In this document: positions 8,815 through 18,767 of the stretch, in pieces
How positions within the stretch are numbered: position 1 is the stretch's first letter
Layout: every line of letters starts with the position of its first letter
DNA from: a bacterium
Lineage (GTDB): Archaea; Thermoplasmatota; E2; JACPAO01; JAHFTW01
Direction: 5' to 3'
Length of the DNA stretch: 64,000 bases
NCBI GenBank assembly: GCA_040390065.1
Contig: JAZJZE010000005.1
Coordinates: 32,001 to 96,000 of the forward strand
Notes under the pieces: generated by a model
What the model saw: the letters and a program-made list of their open reading frames with translations, nothing else
What the model was told of the DNA's origin: nothing
Databases searched by the model: none
Position numbers and translations under genes: made by a program

Positions 8815-11700
8815 ATGCTTGGCCGCCCGCGCCTTCCGCTGTGGTTGACCGTCGTCGTCATCGCCCTCATGGCCGTTCCGTCGACGAGCGCGCAGTACTC
8901 CACGTATGGAACCTTTGTCCTGACCGCGGACGCCGACGCAAGCCACATGCCCAACGTGGCCAGCGGCAGTGCGGTCTTTGCCTTCAACGATGCCACGGCC
9001 GACTGCCAAGTCCAGAACACGGAACGCGTCTACATGGACCGCGACGGCACTGGAACCGTCACGCTGGGCGACGTGCGCATCACCGTGGGCAGCCCAGCCG
9101 TCGGGACGGCCATGCAGGTCGTCACGAGCGGCGCGACGGATCTCACGAATGTGCTCAAGGCGGCCATCGGCGGCGTCTCCCCGGCCTGCGCGGGCACCAA
9201 CCTAGGCGACCTCCTCTTCTACAAGGAATTCTACAGTGGGGCCCGCACGGTCACGACGGGCTTCACGGTGAGCGGAAAGGGCGCCTATCTCGACCTCAAC
9301 GCCAACGGGCGCGTGGACACGAACGACGTTCGCCTTGCCGCAGTCAGCGCAACCGCAGGCACCTTCGTGGCGGCCGAAGCGGACGCCGACCCGGGTGCCT
9401 TGACCACGACGGAGTACACGGCAAACGCCGACTGTATCTACCTGTCCGCCGACGCCCTCGTCGGGACGGGCGACACGCGCCTCGGCCGCTGCGGCGAGTA
9501 CCTCGACGCGTCGGTCGTCGCCTGCGCGGCGCCCGTCTTGGACACAGACTGCGGCCAGACCCTCCTCACAATCGCCAATGCGCGCCTCGGCGCCAACGGC
9601 AAGTACTACGACGACATCGATGCTTCGGGCGTCGTCCCGAACACGGGCGACCGCCGGCTGCAGCCCGTGGGCGCTCTCGTCGAGGGGACGGCGCTGGCAT
9701 GCGGCACGCCGGATGCCGACTGCGCCGCGGCCAACCCGTACGGGGCGGCCCTTACGACCGTCCGTTACTCGCGACGCGGCTACGACTTGTCGGCTCCCGC
9801 CATCCTCGCCTTCGACACGAACGACGACGGAACCTTGCCGGAAATCGTCCTCGTGGACCGCGACGCAAACGGCGTTCCCTCCATCGGCGACTTGCGCCTC
9901 AACGGCGGCACCTTCGTCCTGCAGGCCGATGCCGACGTCGTCCACAAGCTGCTGACGCCAGGCACACCACCTATTCTTGCCTACCAAGGCACGCCCTCTG
10001 CGCCCACCGCCGTCGCCCTCATCACGGACGCCACGAATGGCGGCAGCTCGCTCGACCAGGAGGACGTCGTCCTTTTCCTTTCCGGCTGCACCGTCGGCAG
10101 CATCGTCCGCTCCACTGCTGCGTGCAACCCGGCAGGAACTTGGAACTCGGTGGCCGGAACGGCCATCGCGAACATCAAGTACCGCGAATCCGGCGCCGGT
10201 GCAGGCTTCGGCGCGGGGGACACGCTGTACGCCAGCCTTGGCGCCACGTCGACCAACGTGGACACCGACGACCTTCGCCTGACGGCCTACTCGACCGGCA
10301 CACCGGGAACCCTGGTCGGGGCAGGCCTGACCGGTGAATCCGGCAGCGCGCTCCTGGCAATCGCCGGCTCAATCATCCGCGTCCTTGACATGGACGGAAG
10401 TGGGACGATCACGCCGGGCGACGTGCCCATCGTTGATGCCAACAACGACGCCTACCTCTCACAGAGCGACGTGCCCGTGGCCACCGGCATCACGAACGTG
10501 GCCTTCGGCACGATTGCGCCGGCCGGCAATGCGGCCGTGGTGCACCAGCTCGTTGCCATCGGCACCCACAACCAGGGCACCGGGAGCCCATGGGCCGTCA
10601 AGTACCTCGACAACGACGGCAGCGGCGGGCCGAGCCTCAACGACCCCATCTACCTTCACGTCGCAAGCCCAGACCTGAAGTGGCGCCTCAGCGCCAACTC
10701 CAACGGCCTCGCAGCGGGGACGTTTGCGTCCACTGAAAGCCCCGCCCTGTTTACCAGTCTCACGGCCACGGGCGTCTGCACAAATCCCATCGCGTACGCG
10801 GAGGTCGCCGGCGCCGGCTTCAGTTCGGAGGATGACGTCTACGTGGACGTTGCCGGCTGCGGCAGCATCGGCACGGGCGACATCTACCTGAAGAAGTCGG
10901 GGAAGACGCCGGGCCTCAAGGTTGGCGGGTCCGACACGCAGGGCGGCATCCTAACAGCCATCACGACGACAGCGTTGTCGTACTTCGACCTGGATGCCAC
11001 GGCGGCCCTGAGCGGCGGGGACCTTCTGTACCTCGACGCGGACACGCCGGCTGGCCTCGTCTCCCTCTTCGACTTCCGCCTCTCCGGCACCGGCGGCACG
11101 ACGACGCTTGGCTCCGTGGCCCCGCCGCCTCCGCCGCCCCCGCCACCGCCGCCGCCGGTCACGCCGCCCGTGACGCCTCCTGTCACGCCGCCGGCCACGC
11201 CGCCTGCGACGCCGCCGGCAACGCCCCCAGCGACTCCGCCAGCCACGCCGCCAGCCACGCCGTCCAGCGTCGACCTTGCCAGCGTCAACGGCGCGCTTGC
11301 CTCGACCCTGAAGGTCACGCATGTCGGCAACGACAACGTCCTGCAGTGGACTCCGCAGACAGGCGTCCTCGGCTACCAAGTGTGGAGCAGCAGCAGCCCA
11401 TGGGTCAAGGTCACCGACCTGCCGGGCCCCACGACCTCCACCTACACGGACGTGAACTCGCCGGCGACGACGAAGTACACGGTCACGGCATACACCGGCC
11501 TGTCGGCCACGTTCGGCTACTTGACGGACATCAACACACAGGCCGTCCCCGGCTACAGCACGGTCCCGGCGGGAACCTCCGCGGCCGGATCCTCGCTGTC
11601 CTCGACGACCGGCGGGCAGTCGAAGGTCCCCGGCTTCGAGACCGTCGTCCTGGTGGGTGCGGTGGCAATCGCTCTCCTCCTCGTGCGGCGCCGCAAGTAG
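8815..11700 (+). CDS. PGF-CTERM surface glycoprotein, divergent paralog of 1403..3718
   Basis: Signal peptide; repeated YxDxDxxGxVxxGDxRL; poly-Pro/PPVT/PPAT linker; FN3-like segment; VPGFETVVLVGAVAIALLLVRRRK; TTTATA ~27 nt upstream of ATG 8815. Confidence 0.85.
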   Translation: MLGRPRLPLWLTVVVIALMAVPSTSAQYSTYGTFVLTADADASHMPNVASGSAVFAFNDATADCQVQNTERVYMDRDGTGTVTLGDVRITVGSPAVGTAMQVVTSGATDLTNVLKAAIGGVSPACAGTNLGDLLFYKEFYSGARTVTTGFTVSGKGAYLDLNANGRVDTNDVRLAAVSATAGTFVAAEADADPGALTTTEYTANADCIYLSADALVGTGDTRLGRCGEYLDASVVACAAPVLDTDCGQTLLTIANARLGANGKYYDDIDASGVVPNTGDRRLQPVGALVEGTALACGTPDADCAAANPYGAALTTVRYSRRGYDLSAPAILAFDTNDDGTLPEIVLVDRDANGVPSIGDLRLNGGTFVLQADADVVHKLLTPGTPPILAYQGTPSAPTAVALITDATNGGSSLDQEDVVLFLSGCTVGSIVRSTAACNPAGTWNSVAGTAIANIKYRESGAGAGFGAGDTLYASLGATSTNVDTDDLRLTAYSTGTPGTLVGAGLTGESGSALLAIAGSIIRVLDMDGSGTITPGDVPIVDANNDAYLSQSDVPVATGITNVAFGTIAPAGNAAVVHQLVAIGTHNQGTGSPWAVKYLDNDGSGGPSLNDPIYLHVASPDLKWRLSANSNGLAAGTFASTESPALFTSLTATGVCTNPIAYAEVAGAGFSSEDDVYVDVAGCGSIGTGDIYLKKSGKTPGLKVGGSDTQGGILTAITTTALSYFDLDATAALSGGDLLYLDADTPAGLVSLFDFRLSGTGGTTTLGSVAPPPPPPPPPPPPVTPPVTPPVTPPATPPATPPATPPATPPATPPATPSSVDLASVNGALASTLKVTHVGNDNVLQWTPQTGVLGYQVWSSSSPWVKVTDLPGPTTSTYTDVNSPATTKYTVTAYTGLSATFGYLTDINTQAVPGYSTVPAGTSAAGSSLSSTTGGQSKVPGFETVVLVGAVAIALLLVRRRK

Positions 11701-11794
11701 GCCGTCACAGCCGGTTGCACCGCCCGGTCTGGCGGGGCGTCCCCCGACGAATCCCCTCCGGTTTTTCTACCACGACGGAGTGGGTTCTCTAGCC

Positions 11795-14700
11795 GTGGCG
11801 CCCCTGCTCTCCGTGGTCATCCCCACGTACAACGAGGCGGCCAACATCGGGCCGCTGTTGGGGGAGCTTCGGCGCGTCATGGCGGGCCTGGAGGTCGAGT
11901 TCATCGTCGTCGACGACGACTCGCGCGACGGCACGTCAGAGAAAGCGCGCCTGGCCGAGCCAAGGGCCCGCATCATCGTCAGGAAAGGCGAACGCGGTCT
12001 AGCCACGGCCGTCGTGCGCGGTATCCGGGAAGCGCATGGCACCTTCGTCGCCGTCATGGACGCTGACTTCCAGCATCCGCCGGCCGCGGTGCGGGCCATG
12101 CTCGACCGGGCCGTGCGGACGCAGGCGGACCTCGTGGTCGGCTCGCGCTATGCGCCGGGCGGTTCCCAGGGCAACTTCGGGGCCGTCCGCAGCACCATCT
12201 CCAAGGGCGCCCGCCTCATCGCCAAGACGGCGCTCCCACCAATCCGGAACTTCAAGCTCACGGACCCGATGAGCGGCCTTTTCCTGGTGCGCCGCGACCG
12301 GGTCGACGCGGGCGCCCTCCGGCCGACCGGATACAAGATCCTCCTCGAGATCCTCGGCAAGGCGGACCTGCGCCGCGTCGAGGAGGTCGGCTACCGCTTC
12401 CAGGACCGGCGGGGCGGGGCGTCGAAGCTGGGGGGCGGAGTCATGCTGCAGTTCCTGGTGCACGTCCTCGGCCTTGGCCTCACGCACCCCGAGAACCAGA
12501 GGATCCTGCGCTTCATGCTGGTGGGTGCCAGCGGCATCGTCGTCAACCTCGGCGTCCTGTTCGTCCTGCACGGCTTGTTCGGCATCGAGGTGACACCGGC
12601 CTTCGCGAGCGCTGCGGGGCTCAGCATCCTCACGAATTTCCTATTGAACGACGCCTTCACCTTCCGCGACCGCGCGAAGGCGCCATGGATCGCCCGGCTT
12701 GGCATGTTCTTCCTCGTGAGCCTCGGCGGCATGCTCACGACGTTTGCGGCGCTCTTCGTGTTGTACTACCTCATCGGCATGAACTACCTCGTTGCCGACG
12801 GCTTGGCGATCGTGGCGGGATTCGCCGTGAACTATGCCGGAAATCTCGGCTTCACGTACGGCACGAAGCGCCCGGCCGCGCGTGACTGGGTTCCCATCGT
12901 CGTGCTGATCGTCGCCTCGGGAGGGCTGTACTTCTCCGCCCTCGACTCCGTGGAGGGCATCTACTTCGACGAATCGTACTACCTCGTCGTCGCCCACCAG
13001 ATGGACAGCGGCATGTGGGAGGACCCGTGCCTGCACGACGCCAAGGGCCTCGACCCCGCGCCGCTCAACTACGAGCATCCACCGCTTGCCAAACTCATCA
13101 TGTACGCCTCGGTGCACGCCTACGACTCATACCATGGCGTCTTCCTCGGCTGCCGCATGCCGGACAACGACAACCCGGCCGTTCGCCCCGCCATCTGCTT
13201 CACCGATCCGGAAGGACACACGAGCGCCACGTACGACGACGCCAACGAACGCATCAGCAAGGGGGACAAGTTCGACAACGGCCCGACCTGCTACCACGCC
13301 TGGTCGCACGAGATGCGCTACCGCGGCAACGCCTTCGCGTGGCGTGGACCAAGCGCCGTGATGGGCGTCGTGACGGTGACGTTCATCGCCCTCGCAGCGC
13401 GCCGGCTCTTCCAGAGCAACCTGGCCGGAATGCTCGCCGGCTCCTTCGTCCTCTTGGACAACCTCGTCCTGACGTCCAGCCGCATCGCACTCTTGGACAT
13501 CTTCGCCGCGGGATTCACGGCCATGGCCGTCTACTTCGCGACGTCGCCGACGAAGAAGGGCATCGTCGCCACCACCATCTTCCTCGGCCTGGGATTCTCC
13601 TGCAAGTTCTACGTGCTCTTCGCCGGCCCGCCCATCCTCCTCCTGTCGCTCTGGATCCACCACCGCGCCGGCCTGCTGCGCATGGGACGCTTCACGCTGC
13701 ACATGCTTGCGTACCCACTCATCCCACTGGGCGTCTTCGTCGCGACGTACCTGCCCTGGCTCATCCGCTGGTCGCAGTCGCACAACATCGGCTGGGCGGT
13801 CGGCCACTTCTTCGCCGTCAACGCAGCCGCAATCTCCTGGGATACAACGGGCCTGCAGACGCACACGTACCTCAGCCCGCCGTCGGAATGGCTCAGCATG
13901 ACGACGCCGATGAACTACATCCACGCGGCCACGAACTACGACGTCTCCGACGGCACCCACTACACGTTGTATCGCGACATCTACGCCATGGGAAATCCCG
14001 CGCTGTGGTGGGGCGCGACGGCCGCCGTCGTCGCAATCTTGTGCCTCGTTGCCTACCGCTTGGCCCGTGCGGCCATGCCGCGGCCCATCCAAGCGCCGGT
14101 CCCGACTTCCCCTGCGCGCCTCGGAGCGGTCTCATTGCCCTCGCCCCCGCGACCGATGGACGCGCAACGACCGGTCGTCATTCCTGGGGCCCCGCCCCTT
14201 GCACGCGCGATGGCGCCCGCGCCGCGCGCCCTTCAGCCGCTGGACGCGCGCGCCCAGATCGCCGGCGGCCTCGGGCTGCTCGCCTCGTTCTTGCTGGTCC
14301 TCGTCGGTCTGGCCACTCTTCGCATCCTGCCCGCGGCCTTGACGTTCTCGGCCGGGGGACTGGCGTTCGGCATCTTGGCGTTCGTCCTCGCCGTGGCGCA
14401 GACGGCAAGCAGCATCGCCCTTTTCGGCCGGGGCCACGCCGCGACCCCCATGCAGATCGTCGTGGCGATGGCAACGTTCCTCGTCACAATCGCGTTCATG
14501 GTCCCGAGTGGCCAAGGCATTGACCTCATCCTCGGCCTTCTCCTCGCCCTGGACGTCGCCGTCCTGGCCCTGCTTGCCTTGCGCGACTTCGTGCGCCTGC
14601 CGCCGGCAACGCAGGCCCTGCTCCTTGGCGCCCTCGTGCCCATGATGACCTTTCTCGGCTTCTTCGCGCTCCTGAAGGGTGGCCGCTCCATGTTCATCTT

Positions 14701-15007
14701 CTACATGACCGAGGTCGCGCCCCTCATGGCGCTGGTGCTGGGCGGGGCCGTCGCGCATCTATGGCGTCGCGTTCGCTGGGGCAAGCCCGCAGCCCTCGCC
14801 ACGATTGCCCTCGTGGCCTTCGCCTTCGTGTGGTTCCTGCCCGTGACGATCTACCTCGAGCTTCCCCGCGAGGGATTCCGCTGGATGGACCTGCCAATCC
14901 CCGGAACCGGCATCTCGATTCCATACCCCGGCATCGGGTTCCACGACATCATGGGACTCGTTCCGTGGATGCACGAATGCGGCGCGGGCGGCGCATGCGT
15001 GCCGTGA
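11795..15007 (+). CDS. Three-module fusion: GT2 dolichol/polyprenol-phosphate mannose synthase-like + GtrA-like membrane domain + protein O-mannosyltransferase (PMT, GT39)
   Basis: SVVIPTYNE, VDDDSRDGT, VMDADFQHPP, DPMSG (DPM1-like); RFMLVGASGIVVNLG...NFLLNDAFTF (GtrA); YFDESYY, EHPPLAKLI, SRIALLDIF, HTYLSPPSEW, MGNPALWW, RSMFIFY (PMT). Confidence 0.85.
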   Translation: MAPLLSVVIPTYNEAANIGPLLGELRRVMAGLEVEFIVVDDDSRDGTSEKARLAEPRARIIVRKGERGLATAVVRGIREAHGTFVAVMDADFQHPPAAVRAMLDRAVRTQADLVVGSRYAPGGSQGNFGAVRSTISKGARLIAKTALPPIRNFKLTDPMSGLFLVRRDRVDAGALRPTGYKILLEILGKADLRRVEEVGYRFQDRRGGASKLGGGVMLQFLVHVLGLGLTHPENQRILRFMLVGASGIVVNLGVLFVLHGLFGIEVTPAFASAAGLSILTNFLLNDAFTFRDRAKAPWIARLGMFFLVSLGGMLTTFAALFVLYYLIGMNYLVADGLAIVAGFAVNYAGNLGFTYGTKRPAARDWVPIVVLIVASGGLYFSALDSVEGIYFDESYYLVVAHQMDSGMWEDPCLHDAKGLDPAPLNYEHPPLAKLIMYASVHAYDSYHGVFLGCRMPDNDNPAVRPAICFTDPEGHTSATYDDANERISKGDKFDNGPTCYHAWSHEMRYRGNAFAWRGPSAVMGVVTVTFIALAARRLFQSNLAGMLAGSFVLLDNLVLTSSRIALLDIFAAGFTAMAVYFATSPTKKGIVATTIFLGLGFSCKFYVLFAGPPILLLSLWIHHRAGLLRMGRFTLHMLAYPLIPLGVFVATYLPWLIRWSQSHNIGWAVGHFFAVNAAAISWDTTGLQTHTYLSPPSEWLSMTTPMNYIHAATNYDVSDGTHYTLYRDIYAMGNPALWWGATAAVVAILCLVAYRLARAAMPRPIQAPVPTSPARLGAVSLPSPPRPMDAQRPVVIPGAPPLARAMAPAPRALQPLDARAQIAGGLGLLASFLLVLVGLATLRILPAALTFSAGGLAFGILAFVLAVAQTASSIALFGRGHAATPMQIVVAMATFLVTIAFMVPSGQGIDLILGLLLALDVAVLALLALRDFVRLPPATQALLLGALVPMMTFLGFFALLKGGRSMFIFYMTEVAPLMALVLGGAVAHLWRRVRWGKPAALATIALVAFAFVWFLPVTIYLELPREGFRWMDLPIPGTGISIPYPGIGFHDIMGLVPWMHECGAGGACVP

Positions 15008-15170
15008 GGGCATTCCGCAGAATCCCTCCGGTCGGTCATCCACCTGGAAACCCGCAGATTGGCCCAGCCGGCTTGGTCAATCGGCGGAATCTGCTCCCAG
15101 TCAGCGCCATTGCAGGACGTGCAAGAGCTCACCAGGACGATGCCTGAACTCTCAGCGGAATCTGTGGACA
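15008..15170. repeat. Nested inverted-repeat element (CGCAGA(A)T / GCGGAATCTG family) between convergent genes
   Basis: Outer ATTCCGCAGAAT...GCGGAATCTGTG and inner CCGCAGATTGGCC...GGTCAATCGGCGGAATCTG. Confidence 0.55.
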
Positions 15171-15184
15171 AGCGGCGCCAGGCG

Positions 15185-16270
15185 CTAGCGCTTCAAGTGC
15201 GCCTTCAACGCCTTGATCTCGCGGATCTCGGCCGGGTCTTCGCCCTTCAGGGCCGCGACGTAGACGGACGTGTAGTCGAGGAACTGCAGCATGCGCGCCT
15301 GCTCGACGACGTGCTCGCCGAAGGTCTCGATGGGTCGCGCAACCTTGTTGGTCCACGGCACGCCCCAGCCACGGTAGCGCTCCTCCATGTAGGCAAGGCG
15401 CTTGCGCAGTTGCGGGTTCTGGCCTTCGTGGCTAAGGCAGAGGACCGTGAAGTGGCGGCGGTTCTCGACGTCGCCGCCCCAACCGGTCAAGTCGTTGTGG
15501 TTGGATTCCGGGACGAGGTCGACGTCGGCGATCTTCTTGGCATTCTCGTTCAGCATGCCGCGGAAATGCAGGCCGACGCCGTAGAACGCCGGTGTCGCGT
15601 AGATCTGGGGAATCGGCCGCCACAGTTCACGCGCCAGCTTCTTGGCCGGGTTCTTGGCTTCCGGCACGTCGGGACCGCAGGCGGCATCGACCTCCTGGAC
15701 GGCCTTGACCGCTTGGCGAATGGGGACGGCGCCATGCAGGAGGCCGGAACCCTCGAGGAAACCGAGGACCGAGAACCACGTGTACCCGAAGGCGGCACGC
15801 GGCTGGTAACCGGCCGGCTGCGGCACGATGCGGTCGACGAGGCTCGCCAAGGTCCCGCCCGTGCAGAACGCCGTCACGGGCACACCGCGCTCCAGGCTCG
15901 TGCGCACGACCTGCAAGGTCTCCTCCGTCTCGCCCGAGTACGAGATGGCCAGCGTGTGCCAGCCCTTCTTCACGTGGTGGGGGAACTGGTAGTGCTTGAC
16001 GACGGAGAACGGGATGTCGAGGGCCCGGGTGGCTGCGTCCTTCACCAGGTTGGCGCACATGCCCGAGAAGCCCATGCCGGCAAACAGCAGTCCCTTTGCC
16101 TTGAGCAGGTCGGGAGCGGCCTTCGACCCGGAGTCGAAGCCCTCCCGGAGGAGACGGGCCTTGGCCTGGATGGACGGCATGAAGCCCGACGGGTCGCGCA
16201 GCGCCGGCTCGCCGTTGCGGCCGGGCCCGCGCCCTGCAAGGGCAGCAGTGGGTGCCGGTTTGCGGGCCAC
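15185..16270 (-). CDS. Bifunctional phosphoglucose/phosphomannose isomerase (SIS + PGI/PMI C-terminal domain)
   Basis: AGMGFSG, ISYSGETEET, CTGG, QPRAA, LNENAK, PESNHN motifs. Confidence 0.9.
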   Translation of the reverse strand: MARKPAPTAALAGRGPGRNGEPALRDPSGFMPSIQAKARLLREGFDSGSKAAPDLLKAKGLLFAGMGFSGMCANLVKDAATRALDIPFSVVKHYQFPHHVKKGWHTLAISYSGETEETLQVVRTSLERGVPVTAFCTGGTLASLVDRIVPQPAGYQPRAAFGYTWFSVLGFLEGSGLLHGAVPIRQAVKAVQEVDAACGPDVPEAKNPAKKLARELWRPIPQIYATPAFYGVGLHFRGMLNENAKKIADVDLVPESNHNDLTGWGGDVENRRHFTVLCLSHEGQNPQLRKRLAYMEERYRGWGVPWTNKVARPIETFGEHVVEQARMLQFLDYTSVYVAALKGEDPAEIREIKALKAHLKR

Positions 16271-16382
16271 GCTCGCGCCCAGCGGTGTCCACCTCTAGAA
16301 GCCTTTCATGACGCCAGGAGCGGGACGGGATGCGGAAGGCAACGTTTCTAATGAGGACCAAGGTTGGTTGGCCCGGAACTGC

Positions 16383-17420
16383 ATGGCACGGGACCCGCAA
16401 CTCCTCAAGCGCAACCTGCTGGTGCTGCCGGGCGGCCTGCTTGCCTTCTTCGCGACCCTGGGCCTCGTCTACTTCCTGGCCGTGCGCCCCCGAGGAGGCC
16501 TGCCGTGCGCCAAGTACACGCAGGTCCTGTACCACGGATCGTGCTACACGACGACCGGCTTCCTCGTGGGCATGCTCCTGGTCGGCCTCATCCTCGTCGC
16601 CGTCGGCCTCGTGGTGTTCCGCAGCAAGCCAAAGGTCCTGGTCGACCACCTCTACCACGGGACGCCCTCGCATTTCGGGCTGGCTCTCTTGGCCGCCTTC
16701 GCCGCAATCCCCTTCCTGGCATACGTCATCGTGCTCTACCTCGAAAGGGCGCTCGAGACGACGTACGTCATGAACGTCCCGGGTACAAGCGGCGACGGCG
16801 CCCCGACGATCACCTTGCACGTCGTGCTCGGCTGCATCCTTCTCGCGGCCCTGGTCGCCCTCGTTCCATACTGCCTCCTCATGGTCGCGCAAGGCCAGTT
16901 GCGGCGCCGCTTCCTGCGCGAGGCAGAGACATACGAGGAGCCGGAAGCAGCCTTCCCCGGCGAACCCGCCGAGGCTCCCGCCGACCTCGGCTGGCAGGAA
17001 CAGCCCCCCGCCGCGGCCCCCCCTCCAGAAGAGTTCGTCGACGAAGCCATGTGGCCCGGCTCGCGAGACAGTCCCGAAGTCGAAGCGGCACCTGTCGAAG
17101 GCATGCAGACCGGCGAGACTGCGACCACGGAGGATGCGGCCTGGACGCCGCCGCCCGTCGTGCCCGGTCCGCCGCCCGTCGTGATGCCGGTCGCAGTCCG
17201 CAAGCCGACGGGACCGACGGTCCGCCCTGCCCCCATCGTGCCGCAAGCCCCCGGCTGCCGTGCGATGCGCGCCAACGGCATGGAGTGCGGCGAGCCCGTG
17301 GGCCCAGGTGGCCGCTACTGTCTGCGGCACGCCTGCCAGGGCCGCACCGCCAGCGGCTCGCCGTGCCGGAACCCGGCGCTCGAAGGCGGCACGCGCTGCC
17401 GCGCCCACTCGTCGAGCTGA
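16383..17420 (+). CDS. Membrane protein (4 TM) with acidic/Pro-rich linker and two C-terminal C3H zinc-knuckle-like motifs
   Basis: CRAMRANGMEC...YCLRH and CQGRTASGSPC...RCRAH. Confidence 0.75.
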   Translation: MARDPQLLKRNLLVLPGGLLAFFATLGLVYFLAVRPRGGLPCAKYTQVLYHGSCYTTTGFLVGMLLVGLILVAVGLVVFRSKPKVLVDHLYHGTPSHFGLALLAAFAAIPFLAYVIVLYLERALETTYVMNVPGTSGDGAPTITLHVVLGCILLAALVALVPYCLLMVAQGQLRRRFLREAETYEEPEAAFPGEPAEAPADLGWQEQPPAAAPPPEEFVDEAMWPGSRDSPEVEAAPVEGMQTGETATTEDAAWTPPPVVPGPPPVVMPVAVRKPTGPTVRPAPIVPQAPGCRAMRANGMECGEPVGPGGRYCLRHACQGRTASGSPCRNPALEGGTRCRAHSSS

Positions 17421-17468
17421 CGGTCGCCGCCGCGCAAGTTCTTTAGCAACCTCCTCCTGGCGCAGCCC

Positions 17469-17762
17469 ATGGGAATCCTCGGCCTCGGGACGGATGAACT
17501 CATCATCGTCCTGGTCGTCATCGTGCTCCTGTTCGGGGCGGCCAACATCCCGAAACTGGCGCGCAGCCTCGGCAGGGCGAAGGGCGAGTTCAACAAGGCC
17601 CGGGCGGAATTTGCCACGGAGGCCCAGAAGGCCGAGGCTGAGGCTGCAGCGCCCGCCGTCGGGGAGGAGCAAGTCCGCAAGACGGCCCGGGGCCTGGGCA
17701 TCGACGATGCAGGCAAGTCCACCGACGAAGTCAAGCGCCTCATCCAGCAGAAGCTCGCTTGA
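17469..17762 (+). CDS. tatA: Twin-arginine translocase TatA/E
   Basis: GLGTDELIIVLVVIVLLFGAANIPKLARSLGRAKGEF. Confidence 0.95.
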   Translation: MGILGLGTDELIIVLVVIVLLFGAANIPKLARSLGRAKGEFNKARAEFATEAQKAEAEAAAPAVGEEQVRKTARGLGIDDAGKSTDEVKRLIQQKLA

Positions 17763-17763
17763 T

Positions 17764-18654
17764 TCAGGCCTGGGCGCGGTCGTAGGCGCGACGCGCGGGC
17801 ACGCTCAACGCGATGCCCAGCATGTACAAGCCGAAGAGCGGCCCGGACACCAGGAGTTGGCTGACGGGCGTCGGGTCCGGCGTCGCAAGGCCCGCAAGAA
17901 GCAGGATGGCGACGAGAGTGTGGCGCCACTTTCGGACGTAGCCGCGTGGCGTGGCAAAGCCGAGGCGCGCCAGGGCCACCATGACGAGCGGCGTCTGGAA
18001 GGCAAGACCCGTGAGGCCCAGGAACATGAGCGTGAAGCCCACGAACTCGTTGACGTCGAGGTAGTTGGCGGCGCCGAGGACGGCGGAGAACGAATACAAG
18101 GCGCGGTACCCGGCGGGCAAGACCGTCGAGTAGGCGAAGAGCACGCCAATCAAGAACAGAAGCGACGTCGGCGCGATGAAGCGCCACATGAGGTGCCGTT
18201 CGCGCGCCCGCATGGCTGGCAGGATGAAGCCGCCCAGTTGCGCCAGAACATACGGGAGGGCAAGCAGGATGCCGAGGCCGACGGCGATGTCGAACAGGGC
18301 GACGAAGCCGTCCATGGGCCGCAGCACGATGAGCTGGACGCCGGCCGGGACGAGGTCGTGCGCCATGCGCCGGAAGACCTGCGCCGCCAAGTTGTCGACG
18401 GCGTCGAAGCCGACGTATGGCGGGAAGGCCTCGATGCGCACGAGCATGACCAAGATGATGGCGCCGACGATGGCGATGAGGATGCGCCGGATGCGCCGCC
18501 CCAAGTCCTTGGCGTGCCCCATGAACGTGTCCTGGTCGGGGCCGGTCCGGCGTTTGGCAAGGGCAGCCGAGACGCCGGCCAGCATGGCAAGGAGAAGCAG
18601 CGCCGCGACGCTCGCCCACGTGGCCCACGCCGGCAGGTCGACGGGAGGCGCCAC
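17764..18654 (-). CDS. tatC: Twin-arginine translocase TatC (start uncertain)
   Basis: HAKDLGRRI, FILPAMRARER, GLAFQTP, WRH...ATPDPTPVSQ. Confidence 0.9.
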   Translation of the reverse strand: MAPPVDLPAWATWASVAALLLLAMLAGVSAALAKRRTGPDQDTFMGHAKDLGRRIRRILIAIVGAIILVMLVRIEAFPPYVGFDAVDNLAAQVFRRMAHDLVPAGVQLIVLRPMDGFVALFDIAVGLGILLALPYVLAQLGGFILPAMRARERHLMWRFIAPTSLLFLIGVLFAYSTVLPAGYRALYSFSAVLGAANYLDVNEFVGFTLMFLGLTGLAFQTPLVMVALARLGFATPRGYVRKWRHTLVAILLLAGLATPDPTPVSQLLVSGPLFGLYMLGIALSVPARRAYDRAQA

Positions 18655-18767
18655 GCGGCGGCGACGGAGGGCCGCCCCTTGATGGTTTGCCCGGCCCTGC
18701 GCGGGCGGCCCGGCGCCCATGGACCCCCTCCTTGGCCTTTAAGGGCGGACCCGGCCTACAACCCCTG

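Noticed and set aside
17469-18654. Convergent tatA/tatC arrangement
   Set aside because: Unusual orientation, but both genes look intact; no sign of anything beyond local rearrangement.
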